Positions 39,796 through 48,458 of a DNA stretch of 64,000 bases are shown one piece after another (position 1 is the first letter of the stretch; each line of letters opens with the position of its first letter). The DNA lies in NCBI GenBank assembly GCA_044360385.1, contig JBIKKK010000001.1:21101-85100 (forward strand), in the 5' to 3' direction. This DNA is from Candidatus Nanopelagicales bacterium (GTDB taxonomy: Bacteria; Actinomycetota; Actinomycetes; S36-B12). The notes below the pieces were generated by a model, which had not been told where the DNA came from, did no database searches, and saw nothing but the letters and a program-made list of their open reading frames with translations. Made by a program: the position numbers and the translations under genes.

Positions 39796-40278
39796 ATGGG
39801 TACGACGGATGAGCAGCGCTCCTACGACATTGATGAACTCGACAAGGGGATCATCGGCATCCTCAAGTCCGACGGTCGAGCGAGCAATGTCGAGGTGGGA
39901 CGTCTTCTAGGGGTAACCGAGGCCACCATACGCAAGCGCATCGCCAACCTCCTCTCACAGGGCTTGATCGAGATCGTCGCGGTGCCGACGCCCAAGCTCG
40001 CCGGCTACACCCTGTCGGCCATCATGGGGCTCAACGTCAGCCTTGAGCGGCTGCGCGATGTTTCGAAGACGCTCATCACCCTCCCCGAGGTCCGCTACTG
40101 CGGACTCTCCACGGGCAGATTCGACATCATGATCGAGGCATTCTTCTCCTCGCATGAGCACCTGCTCGAGTTCTCGACAGACAAGGTCGGCAGCATCCAC
40201 GGCGTGGTGAAGGTCGAGACATTTCTCATCCTCGATATCAGCAAGTTCTCCTACGAGTGGGAGATCGACCTCCCGTGA
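39796..40278 (+). CDS. Lrp/AsnC-family transcriptional regulator
   Basis: HTH LDKGIIGILKSDGRASNVEVGRLLGVTEATIRKRIANL plus a C-terminal RAM/ACT-like domain. The tracked ORF is trimmed to ATG 39796, preceded by AGGAGGG. Confidence 0.85.
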   Translation: MGTTDEQRSYDIDELDKGIIGILKSDGRASNVEVGRLLGVTEATIRKRIANLLSQGLIEIVAVPTPKLAGYTLSAIMGLNVSLERLRDVSKTLITLPEVRYCGLSTGRFDIMIEAFFSSHEHLLEFSTDKVGSIHGVVKVETFLILDISKFSYEWEIDLP

Positions 40279-41192
40279 GCGCGCTCGGGCCGGACCTGTC
40301 GGCCGAGACCTTCCGCGACGCCCAGAGGCGCACCGTCCTCGAAGGAATCTCGCGGGTACCGCTCGAAGTGGCCTACGTCGATCGGGGCCCGGCGGATGCC
40401 GCGGAGGTCATCGTCCTCCTGCACGGTATCCCCACCTGGTCCTATCTCTACGGGGCTGTGCTTCCTCTGCTCGAAGACCACGCAAGGATTATTGCCCCGG
40501 ACTTCATCGGTCACGGCTGGTCTGACCGGCGCGACGTCAGCGATCGCTCTCTCGAGGCACAGGCCCGCATGGTGATCGCGCTCCTTGACAGCCTGAGCTT
40601 GGATCGTGTGCACCTTGTGGGACACGACACTGGCGGCGGCGTCGGACTGAACTTGGCCCTTGATGCGCCCGAGCGCCTCGCGACGCTCACATTGTCGAAC
40701 GCAGTCGCGTACGACTCGTGGCCCATCGATGACATGATCGCGCTGGGAGATCCGCAGTGGGTCCGCAAGGACCCGGCGGAGATCGCGGAGTTCGTGCGCG
40801 GAGGTCTGCCCGATGGGATCTCGCGTCCCGAGCGCCTCACGAAGGAGTGGATCGAGGGAATCGCGGCACCGTATGCAGACGCGGAGGGTGCGCTGAGTCT
40901 CATCCGCAATGCATCGGCCTTGAATACCAGCCATACGTCTGCCCTCACACCTCTGCTCGGGCGCATTGGCACGCCAACGCTGCTGCTGTGGGGGGTCGAC
41001 GATCCCTGGCAGCGATTCTCCGACGCCGAGCGCCTCGAGCGTGACATCCCGGGGGCTGAACTTGTGGCGGTGGAGAATGCGAGCCACTGGATCCCTCAGG
41101 ATGCTCCCGAGGAGTTCGCCAGAGCCCTCATGGAATTCGTGAGCCGTCACCCGGCCGCGACGGAGCCGGGGAAGCCCCACGATGTGGCGTGA
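40275..41192 (+). CDS. Alpha/beta hydrolase (haloalkane-dehalogenase/epoxide-hydrolase-like)
   Basis: HGIPTWSYLY oxyanion region, nucleophile elbow VGHDTGGG (Asp nucleophile, as in dehalogenase/epoxide-hydrolase types), and C-terminal ASHWIPQD. GTG 40275 overlaps the Lrp stop (GTGA). Confidence 0.8.
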   Translation: MSALGPDLSAETFRDAQRRTVLEGISRVPLEVAYVDRGPADAAEVIVLLHGIPTWSYLYGAVLPLLEDHARIIAPDFIGHGWSDRRDVSDRSLEAQARMVIALLDSLSLDRVHLVGHDTGGGVGLNLALDAPERLATLTLSNAVAYDSWPIDDMIALGDPQWVRKDPAEIAEFVRGGLPDGISRPERLTKEWIEGIAAPYADAEGALSLIRNASALNTSHTSALTPLLGRIGTPTLLLWGVDDPWQRFSDAERLERDIPGAELVAVENASHWIPQDAPEEFARALMEFVSRHPAATEPGKPHDVA

Positions 41193-41241
41193 TTCATCGA
41201 CCGCGGAGTCAAGCGGAGTCAATCTGTGATACCCACAGGGC

Positions 41242-43035
41242 ATGACTGAGACCCCGCCCCTGCGTCGACGTACCTTCCTCGGCCTTGCCGCTGGTGCGAC
41301 GGCGGGTGCCGCAGCCGCGGCCGCCATGCCCGCAACGAGTGCGACTGCCGCCCCCGCTGAGCCCGCGGCGCGTGCCGCGTGGCCGGGCAAGCAGGCCTGG
41401 GAGCAGTTGCGCCGCCAGGTCGGTGGTCGCCTCATTCGCCCGAATCAGCCATGGGCCAACCTCAAGCCCGGGGTCGACGTACCCGCGAAGTTTAAGAACC
41501 CGTGGTACCTCGAGGAGCAGGCAGGCGCGACTCAGTCGACCGGTATGTACAAAGCATGGCAGTCCACGCCCAGCGGGTACGCCGTCGCCGCGGAGAGCGG
41601 CAAGGACATCCAGGCAGCAGTCAACTTCGCGCGTAGGAATGGCGTGCGCCTCGTGGTCAAGGGCACGGGCCACGACTACTACGGTCGCTCCTGTGGCCCT
41701 CGCAATTCCCTGCTCATTTGGACGCACAACATGCGCCAGGTCAGCGTGCACGACTCCTTCGTGCCCAAGGGTGCACCTCCGGGCATGCCCGGCGTCCCCG
41801 CGGTGACGACGACGGCGGGCAATCGTTGGCTCGAGGCCTACAAGATCGCCTCGGCCAACGGTCTCTACATCCAAGGCGGCGGATGCACGAGCGTCGGCGC
41901 GTGCGGTGGCTTCGCTCTCGGTGGCGGCTTCGGCTCCTTCAGCAAGCGCTTCGGCAGTGGTGCCGGGGGCGTCCTCGAGTTGACCGTAGTCCTCGCCAGC
42001 GGCAAGATCGTTACGGCGAACACCTACCAAAACGACGACCTCTACTGGGCCCTGCGCGGAGGCGGCGGTGGCACCTTCGGTGTTGTCACGCGCATGACCT
42101 ACCTCGCGCATCCCGAGCCCACCATCTCGGGCTGGATCGGCGGGCCCATCACTGCCAAGTCGGATACGGCGTACTTCGAGCTCCTCCAGCGTTACGTCGA
42201 GTTCGCAGGATCGACGCTGACCGATCCCAAGTGGGGCGAGGGCGTGATCCTCAATGAGGCTTATGCGATGGCCGAGGAGTTCGATACCGGGCTCAACGTC
42301 ATGCAGGTCGGCACGACGTTCCTCGACATCACGACTGAGGCGGCCCAGACTGCCTGGGAGCCCTTCCTCGCACCCTTGCGAGCGCGCCCGGAGGACTTCA
42401 CCGTCGACGTGAAGTTCAGCTCCCAGCCCTTCCGCAACCGGTGGAATCCGACCACCCGCGAGGCGATCTTTGACACCCGGCGGAATGCGCCCGCGGGCTA
42501 CTTCTGGTGGACCGGCAATGCGGCTGAGGTGGGCGCCTACTGGGGTGCCTATGACGGGCGTGGCGTGCCGTGGTCCATGACGCAGGGCGCCAAGGCGCGC
42601 GAGCTGGCCCAGGGGCTCTTCGATGCCTCGCGCACGTCGCTCATTCTTTGGCAGACCAACAAAGCGCTCTATGGCGAAGACCCCGAGGCTAAGGAGCGCG
42701 ATCTCACGACGTCGATCAACCCCGCGGTCTTCGACAACGTCGCCTTCATCACGGTCGGCGCGTGGAAGCAGTCGAAGTACCCGGGTGTCGAGGGGCACGA
42801 GCCGGATCGCACCGTCTCGCAGTCGCAGTACGACGGCGTGATGGCAGCGTCAGCGGCCATCCACAAGGCCACGCCGGGCGGCGGGTCCTACTCAAATGAG
42901 GGCAACTACTTCCAGAAGGGCTGGCAACGGGAGTTCTGGGGAAGCAACTACCGCCGTCTGCTCTCGATCAAGAAGAAGTACGACCCCACGAACCTCTTCA
43001 CGGTGCACAAGGGCGTAGGGAGCGAGGGCTACTAG
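41242..43035 (+). CDS. TAT-exported FAD-linked oxidase, berberine-bridge-enzyme-like (VAO/PCMH family)
   Basis: Twin-arginine signal RRRTFLGLAAGATAGAAAAAAMPATSATA. KGTGHDYYGRS (His of 8-alpha-histidyl-FAD types), GGCTSVGACGGFALGGGFG (Cys of 6-S-cysteinyl types), and a C-terminal BBE motif YDPTNLFTVHKGVGSEG. Confidence 0.85.
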   Translation: MTETPPLRRRTFLGLAAGATAGAAAAAAMPATSATAAPAEPAARAAWPGKQAWEQLRRQVGGRLIRPNQPWANLKPGVDVPAKFKNPWYLEEQAGATQSTGMYKAWQSTPSGYAVAAESGKDIQAAVNFARRNGVRLVVKGTGHDYYGRSCGPRNSLLIWTHNMRQVSVHDSFVPKGAPPGMPGVPAVTTTAGNRWLEAYKIASANGLYIQGGGCTSVGACGGFALGGGFGSFSKRFGSGAGGVLELTVVLASGKIVTANTYQNDDLYWALRGGGGGTFGVVTRMTYLAHPEPTISGWIGGPITAKSDTAYFELLQRYVEFAGSTLTDPKWGEGVILNEAYAMAEEFDTGLNVMQVGTTFLDITTEAAQTAWEPFLAPLRARPEDFTVDVKFSSQPFRNRWNPTTREAIFDTRRNAPAGYFWWTGNAAEVGAYWGAYDGRGVPWSMTQGAKARELAQGLFDASRTSLILWQTNKALYGEDPEAKERDLTTSINPAVFDNVAFITVGAWKQSKYPGVEGHEPDRTVSQSQYDGVMAASAAIHKATPGGGSYSNEGNYFQKGWQREFWGSNYRRLLSIKKKYDPTNLFTVHKGVGSEGY

Positions 43036-43220
43036 CCGCTCTTGCGCCGGAACTCCCGCTTGCCGCCCGCCTTCGCCGACGACCCCTTGGCTGACCCACC
43101 GGATGAGGCCTGACCTTGGCCCTGGTGTCCGCCCTGGGCCTTCTTGCGCTCCAGCGCCTGGCGGTAGCGCTCCTTCGGATCGTCGGAGCCCGTCTCGGGG
43201 GTGTCCTTCTCGTCGGCCAT
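43032..43220 (-). CDS. DUF5302-like small basic protein
   Basis: 62 aa: MADEKDTPETGSDDPKERYRQALERKK...GGKREFRRKSG, typical of this actinobacterial family. The tracked ORF is trimmed to ATG 43220. Confidence 0.7.
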   Translation of the reverse strand: MADEKDTPETGSDDPKERYRQALERKKAQGGHQGQGQASSGGSAKGSSAKAGGKREFRRKSG

Positions 43221-43236
43221 GGTTCCAGTCTGCCAT

Positions 43237-43725
43237 TCAGGGCAGGGGGCGACCGAGGATGCGTCGGAATCCCTCACGCAGGGTCCAGCTCTGCGCTGGA
43301 GGGTCTTCACGGGTGCGGGTCGCGACGGCGGCGATCACGGAGTCGTACGTCGCCCGTGGGAGCACCGCCCCCTCGCGGCGTACCGCGTCGGCCGGCACGG
43401 CGAGGAGCCTGTCGCGGCGCAGCCAACTGCGCCGCCCCTCGTGATCCCACGGGCCGGTTCCGATGGCCAGCCAGTCGGCTTCCCCGCTGTGGTCGCGACT
43501 GGACAGTTGCAGGGCTACGAGTCGGTGATCCTCGGCGCGGCCGACGATGGCCACGGGCCGGTCCTTGCCGACGCGCGCATCCTCCTCGTAGGCGACCCAG
43601 GTCCACACGACCTCACCGGGATCCGGATCCCCGTCGATCTCGGGGGAGTACTCCCAATGCACGGACCCGCGGTAGGTGTGCGCGCCGCCGCGCTCCGGCT
43701 CGGGCTCGCCCGTGGGTGCCGTCAA
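43237..43725 (-). CDS. PemK/MazF-like (SH3-fold) protein, orphan
   Basis: PDPGEVVWTWVAYEEDARVGKDRPVAIVGR matches the N-terminal strand pattern of PemK-like proteins. The start is uncertain: TTG 43725 overlaps the upstream stop, and GTG 43662 is an alternative. Confidence 0.5.
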   Translation of the reverse strand: MTAPTGEPEPERGGAHTYRGSVHWEYSPEIDGDPDPGEVVWTWVAYEEDARVGKDRPVAIVGRAEDHRLVALQLSSRDHSGEADWLAIGTGPWDHEGRRSWLRRDRLLAVPADAVRREGAVLPRATYDSVIAAVATRTREDPPAQSWTLREGFRRILGRPLP

Positions 43726-44198
43726 GATCCTGCTACCCCGGCGAGTGCGATGGCAAAGGAGACGGGCAGACCGAAGTCGTAGATCAGGATGAGGGTGTTG
43801 CCCGCCTTGACATTGCGATCCTTGACCATGAGGCGCACGTGGTTGAGGCCCGCGAGCACGAGGAAGATCGATCCAGCGACAGCCACGGGCAACCATGCTG
43901 CCGGCACCGTGGCTCCGGCGATGATGCCCGCGATTCCGAGCCCGAGGGAGGCAAAGCCGAGCTCGTACTGGAACCCATTGGTCTGCCATCCGATATTCGC
44001 TGCCGTCTTCTTGGCGAAGACGGTGTGCATGACAGAGCTCGCGATGTACATGCACCCCGCCGGCAGGAAGAGCAGCCAGCGCATGACGGAGTCCCAGGTG
44101 GTGTCGTCAGGCACCGCACCTGGGGCGGTGATGCCGATGAGCGCGAAGATCCACGCGAGCAGGAGCGTGAACGACGGAATGAGTGTGCCGAAAGACAT
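43722..44198 (-). CDS. Small 4-5 TM membrane protein (DUF6790-like)
   Basis: 158 aa and hydrophobic throughout (LIPSFTLLLAWIFALIG, WLLFLPAGCMYIASSVMH, LGFASLGLGIAGIIAG, ...). The family name is from memory. Confidence 0.55.
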   Translation of the reverse strand: MSFGTLIPSFTLLLAWIFALIGITAPGAVPDDTTWDSVMRWLLFLPAGCMYIASSVMHTVFAKKTAANIGWQTNGFQYELGFASLGLGIAGIIAGATVPAAWLPVAVAGSIFLVLAGLNHVRLMVKDRNVKAGNTLILIYDFGLPVSFAIALAGVAGS

Positions 44199-44234
44199 GG
44201 CGCGAAGGTAGCAGCGCGGCAGCCTATTCGGACG

Positions 44235-45080
44235 TCACGAGGACAGGCTCTCCTCCAGGGCCCGGCGCATGACCTCGGCGTCCAGGTCGTGCCCGGTCCA
44301 CAGCCGCGCGTTGGTGAGCGCCTGATTGACCAGCATGCCGAGCCCCTGGAGTGTCGTGGCCCCGCGCGCGGCCGCGCGCTGCAGGAAGACCGTGTCGGGC
44401 GGGTTGGCGACGACGTCCGCGACCACCATGCCAGCGCGAATGCTCGTCTCCGCAACGTCCGGAGTGTCCGTGCTGGGAAAGAAGCCGATGGACGTCGCGT
44501 TGACGAGGATGTCGACCCCTTCGGGGACGGCGTAGGTGCCCGACCATGCCACAAAGGCACTGTCGGCAGGTGTGCGATCGCTCACCAGCGCGGCAAGTTC
44601 CTCGCCCCGGTCGCGGGTGCGGTTGACGATCGTGATGGAGCGGGCTCCGGCGAGTGCGGACTCCACCGCGATCGCGCGTGCGGCGCCACCGGCTCCCAGC
44701 ACGACCATGTCGCGTCCGGAAGGATCGATCACCGTGCGCAGCGAGCGGACGAAGCCCTGGCCGTCGGTGTTCTCACCGGTGAGGTGGCCATCGCGATTGA
44801 TGACGCAGTTGACCGCGCCGATGATCCCGGCAGAGGGAGCCATGGCATCGAGGTAATCGAGGATCGCCACCTTGTGGGGTATCGAGCAATTGAAGCCGAG
44901 CCAGCCCATGCCGATCGCACCGCGCACCGCATCCTCGAGGCGCTCGGGCGGCACCTCGCAGTTGATGTAGCGGACATCGAGTCCGGCATGGGCATACGCC
45001 GCCTCCATGACGGCGACGGTCGGGTTCTGTGCCGCCGACGTGGCGAAGGACCCGGTTAGGTCAGCGAGGAATCCGGTCAC
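44235..45080 (-). CDS. Shikimate/quinate dehydrogenase family protein
   Basis: NCSIPHK, NTDGQGF and a GAGGAARA NAD(P) site. GTG start preceded by GAGGAGGG. Confidence 0.8.
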   Translation of the reverse strand: MTGFLADLTGSFATSAAQNPTVAVMEAAYAHAGLDVRYINCEVPPERLEDAVRGAIGMGWLGFNCSIPHKVAILDYLDAMAPSAGIIGAVNCVINRDGHLTGENTDGQGFVRSLRTVIDPSGRDMVVLGAGGAARAIAVESALAGARSITIVNRTRDRGEELAALVSDRTPADSAFVAWSGTYAVPEGVDILVNATSIGFFPSTDTPDVAETSIRAGMVVADVVANPPDTVFLQRAAARGATTLQGLGMLVNQALTNARLWTGHDLDAEVMRRALEESLSS

Positions 45081-45110
45081 GCTGCCCTCCTCTCGATCGA
45101 GGGGAGCCTA

Positions 45111-45902
45111 GTGGTCCATGATGCGCGCATGGCGAGCATTGGATTCCTGGGCGTGGGCACGATCTCGGAGGCGATGGTGCGGGCGATGGCCGCGCGCGAC
45201 CACTCCGCCGACTCGCTCCTGCTCTCACCGAGGTCCGCGGAGCGATCGGAGCGACTCGCTGCCGAGTTCGCGCAGTGCGAGCGGCTCGACTCCAATCAGG
45301 AGGTCATCGATGCGAGCGACATCGTCGTGCTCGGTATGCGTCCGCAGCAGGTTGATGAGGCGCTGGCCGGGTTGACCTTCCGGGGTGACCAGGTGATCGC
45401 GAGTCTCATCGCGGGCACCCCGCCCAGCGGCATCGCACCGCTCGTGTCGCCTGCGACCCGCGTGTGTCAGCTCATCCCGCTTCCCGCAATCGCGCTGCGT
45501 CGAGGTCCGCTCGTGATCAGTCCGCCGCTGCCCGAGGTGGTGTCGGCGATGCGCGGCCTGGGCGAGATCGTCACCCTTGAAGACGAGTCCCTCATCCGGA
45601 CCTTGAGCTGCGCCTCGGCCTTCATGTCGACCTATTACGAGATGCAGAATTCACTCATCGACTGGATCGCCGCCCAGGGCATCGACGAGGCGACCGCATC
45701 GCGCTATGTCCGGGCCGAGCTCGATGGCTTGGCTGCCGTCGGATGGGTGACTCCCGATGCCGAGCGGCCCGAGCTCCCCGGCGAGCACCAGACCAAGGGG
45801 GGACTCAACGAGCGCGTGCGTGCTCGCCTCCTCGAGATCGGGTGGTTCGACAATCTCGTCGGTGCCATCGACGACGTCTATCGCACGGTCTCACTGCGCT
45901 AG
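45111..45902 (+). CDS. Pyrroline-5-carboxylate-reductase-like NAD(P)-binding oxidoreductase
   Basis: Rossmann N-terminus IGFLGVGTISEAMV and a ProC-like C-terminal dimerisation region. The start is GTG 45111 (GGGGAG 4 nt upstream) or ATG 45129. Confidence 0.65.
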   Translation: MVHDARMASIGFLGVGTISEAMVRAMAARDHSADSLLLSPRSAERSERLAAEFAQCERLDSNQEVIDASDIVVLGMRPQQVDEALAGLTFRGDQVIASLIAGTPPSGIAPLVSPATRVCQLIPLPAIALRRGPLVISPPLPEVVSAMRGLGEIVTLEDESLIRTLSCASAFMSTYYEMQNSLIDWIAAQGIDEATASRYVRAELDGLAAVGWVTPDAERPELPGEHQTKGGLNERVRARLLEIGWFDNLVGAIDDVYRTVSLR

Positions 45903-45986
45903 AGGAGCGGAGAAGTCGAGCCGGACCCGTTGGCCTTGACCGGCGCTAGGGATGCCCTTGCTGGGGCCGACACCTATAGTCGAGTG

Positions 45987-48458
45987 ATGCGCGTCATTCT
46001 CGGGGGCACTATGGCTGCCCTCGTCGCGCTCGCTTCGCTCTCGGCGCCGCAGGCCGCGCTCGCGCAGGTGGAGCCCGTCGCGATGATGCTCGCAGGCGGC
46101 CCCACCTCAGCGATGGATCCCACTCCGGTGCAACTCGATGCGGATGTGTATGTCCCCGAGGTCACGCCTGCGCCTGCTGTCCTGCTCGCCCATGGCTTCG
46201 GCGGGAGCAAGGAGGGCACCGCGGAGGAAGCCCAACTCCTCGCCGAGGTAGGTTTCGTCGTGCTCGCCTACACCGCGCGCGGCTTCGGCGAGTCCACCGG
46301 ACTCATCTCGATGAACGCACCCGACTTCGAGGTGGCCGACGCCTCCGCGCTGATCGACTACCTCGCGAGCCTGGCCAGCGTGACCTCAGAGTCACCGGGC
46401 GATCCCGTGGTGGGTGTCGGCGGTGGTTCCTACGGCGGTGCGCTCGCACTCCTGCTCGCCGGCTACGACGAGCGGGTGGACGCCGTGGCCGCCGACATCA
46501 CCTGGAACGACCTCGAGACGTCGCTCTTCGCCCAGTCCGCGGTGGAAGGAGCGCAGCCGGGAGTGCTCAAGAGCCTGTGGACCTCGCTCTTCTTCTCCTC
46601 CGGGCTCGGTCTCGAGCCCGGCCAGCCGGTCTCGGAGTGCGGGCGCTTCACTCCGGAGTGGTGCGCGGCGTACGTCGAGGCGGTCACTCGGGGCGTCGTG
46701 TCGCCCGAGGCCTCTGCCCTCATGGCGCAGTCGTCGCCCCGGAGCATCGCGGACCGCATCACGGCGCCGGTGCTGCTGGGTGCGGGGCAGGCCGACTCGC
46801 TCTTCCCGCTCATGCAGGCCAATGCCAACGCCGAGCAGATCGTCAACGCCCCGGTCAAGGTGGTGTGGCACGCGGGCGGCCACGACGGGGGCATCGCCGA
46901 AACCGACCGCCTGCGCTCACTGAGCAGCGCGTGGTTTGACCAGCACCTGCGCGGTGGGCCCGCGGTGAGTGACGCATTCGAGGTGTCGCTCGTCGAGGCC
47001 TCCGCGCTTAGTGACCGCGATCCGGGCACCGTGGAGGTGCTCTCCTCTCCGGCATACCCGGGGATCTTCGGCGACGGCACGGTCGAGATGCCCGTGCTCG
47101 CGCCAGCGCAGCAGGTGCTTGCTCCGGCGGGGGGTGCGCCGGCGGCGATTACGTCGCTGCCGGGGGCTGGGGGTCTCGCGAGCCTTGCCGGCGACTTCCT
47201 CTCCGTGCCCCTGCCGGGACAGACAGCCGGGTTCTTCACCGAAGCGCTTCCCGAGTCGATGCGGATCGTCGGCGCTACGCGCGCGCGATTGTCGGTGAGC
47301 AGCGATCGTCCCGTCGACGAAGCGGTCCTCTTCGCCTCGTTGCGCATCGTGGGCGCCAATGGCCGTCAGACCCTGCCGCAGGGGCTGGTGGCGCCGATCC
47401 GCATTCCCGATCTCGGACCTGAGCCTGTCACCGTCGATGTCGTGTTGCCCGGCGTAGTCACCCAGGTCGCGGCGGGCGACCGCCTTGCGCTGGTCGTCGC
47501 GACCACCGACCAGGGCTACCGCATGCCACCGGGTCCCGCGGTCTACACCGTCGCTGCTGACGGCCCGATCTTCTTGCCCACCCTGCAGGGAAGCACGTCT
47601 GCCGTGGGCACTCCGCCGTGGGTCTGGCCGCTGGGTGCGCTCATCATCACGGCCCTGATCTGGCTGGGCGTCGCGCTCCTGCGCCCGCGCGATCGCGAAG
47701 GAGAGGCCCGGCCCGATCTTGCCGGGGTCCCGCTCGCGACGCGCGACCTCGCCAAGGAGTTCAAGGGCGGGCTCCGTGCCGTCGACGGCGTGACCTTCGA
47801 TGTGCCGCCGGGCGTCGTGCTGGGGCTCCTCGGCCCCAATGGCGCGGGTAAGACGACGACCATGCGCATGGCGATGGGTCTTATTCGTCCGACGAGCGGT
47901 GACACGTGGATCTTCGGCGAGCATGTGCGCCCCGGCGCACCGGTGCTCGCGCGGGTGGGCAGCTTCATCGAAGGCCCCGGCTTCCTCCCGCACCTCACGG
48001 GGCGGCAGAACCTGGATCTCTTCTGGCGGGCGAGCGGGCGCGAGGGCGGTGATCCGCATCTCGAGGAGGTGCTTGAGATCGCCGGGCTCGGCACCGCGGT
48101 GGACAGGAAGGTGCGCACCTATAGCCAGGGCATGCGCCAGCGTCTTGGCATCGCGCAGGCGATGCTCGGGCTGCCTGACCTGCTGGTGCTCGATGAGCCC
48201 ACAAATGGCCTCGATCCACCGCAGATCCGCGAGATGCGCCAGGTCATGCACGACTACGCCGCTTCGGGCAAGACAGTGATCGTGTCATCGCACCTCCTGG
48301 GAGAGGTGGAGCAGACCTGCTCGCACGTCGTGGTGATGGACCACGGCAACCTGATCTACTCCGGGACCGTCGACGAGCTTCTCGCCGGCCGTAGCGGCCT
48401 GCGTCTCGAGGATGTCTTCCTCGAACTCGTGGGGGAAGGGCACCGGGTGGATCAGTGA
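45987..48458 (+). CDS. Fusion protein: exported CocE/NonD (S15 X-Pro dipeptidyl-peptidase-like) hydrolase, one TM helix, ABC ATPase
   Basis: Signal peptide ...APQAALA|QV. Hydrolase motifs LLAHGFGGSKE and nucleophile GGGSYGG, with a PepX_C-like beta domain. TM WVWPLGALIITALIWLGVALL followed by RPRDREGE. ABC motifs: Walker A GPNGAGKTTT, signature YSQGMRQRL, Walker B LLVLDEPTNGLD. Confidence 0.8.
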   Translation: MRVILGGTMAALVALASLSAPQAALAQVEPVAMMLAGGPTSAMDPTPVQLDADVYVPEVTPAPAVLLAHGFGGSKEGTAEEAQLLAEVGFVVLAYTARGFGESTGLISMNAPDFEVADASALIDYLASLASVTSESPGDPVVGVGGGSYGGALALLLAGYDERVDAVAADITWNDLETSLFAQSAVEGAQPGVLKSLWTSLFFSSGLGLEPGQPVSECGRFTPEWCAAYVEAVTRGVVSPEASALMAQSSPRSIADRITAPVLLGAGQADSLFPLMQANANAEQIVNAPVKVVWHAGGHDGGIAETDRLRSLSSAWFDQHLRGGPAVSDAFEVSLVEASALSDRDPGTVEVLSSPAYPGIFGDGTVEMPVLAPAQQVLAPAGGAPAAITSLPGAGGLASLAGDFLSVPLPGQTAGFFTEALPESMRIVGATRARLSVSSDRPVDEAVLFASLRIVGANGRQTLPQGLVAPIRIPDLGPEPVTVDVVLPGVVTQVAAGDRLALVVATTDQGYRMPPGPAVYTVAADGPIFLPTLQGSTSAVGTPPWVWPLGALIITALIWLGVALLRPRDREGEARPDLAGVPLATRDLAKEFKGGLRAVDGVTFDVPPGVVLGLLGPNGAGKTTTMRMAMGLIRPTSGDTWIFGEHVRPGAPVLARVGSFIEGPGFLPHLTGRQNLDLFWRASGREGGDPHLEEVLEIAGLGTAVDRKVRTYSQGMRQRLGIAQAMLGLPDLLVLDEPTNGLDPPQIREMRQVMHDYAASGKTVIVSSHLLGEVEQTCSHVVVMDHGNLIYSGTVDELLAGRSGLRLEDVFLELVGEGHRVDQ

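Noticed and set aside
41209-42798. 529-aa minus-strand ORF, and the 394-aa ORF at 40251-41435
   Set aside because: Both are antisense to the BBE-like oxidase and the alpha/beta hydrolase, which have clear family motifs and a TAT signal. They have no motifs of their own.
43116-45059. 647-aa ORF on the plus strand
   Set aside because: It runs antisense across four well-supported minus-strand genes (DUF5302, PemK-like, membrane protein, shikimate-DH-like). Its Arg/Gly/Asp-rich translation has no recognisable motifs, so it is a shadow ORF.
46917-48251. 444-aa minus-strand ORF
   Set aside because: It is antisense to the hydrolase-ABC fusion gene, whose plus-strand frame has GxSxG, Walker A/B and ABC signature motifs.
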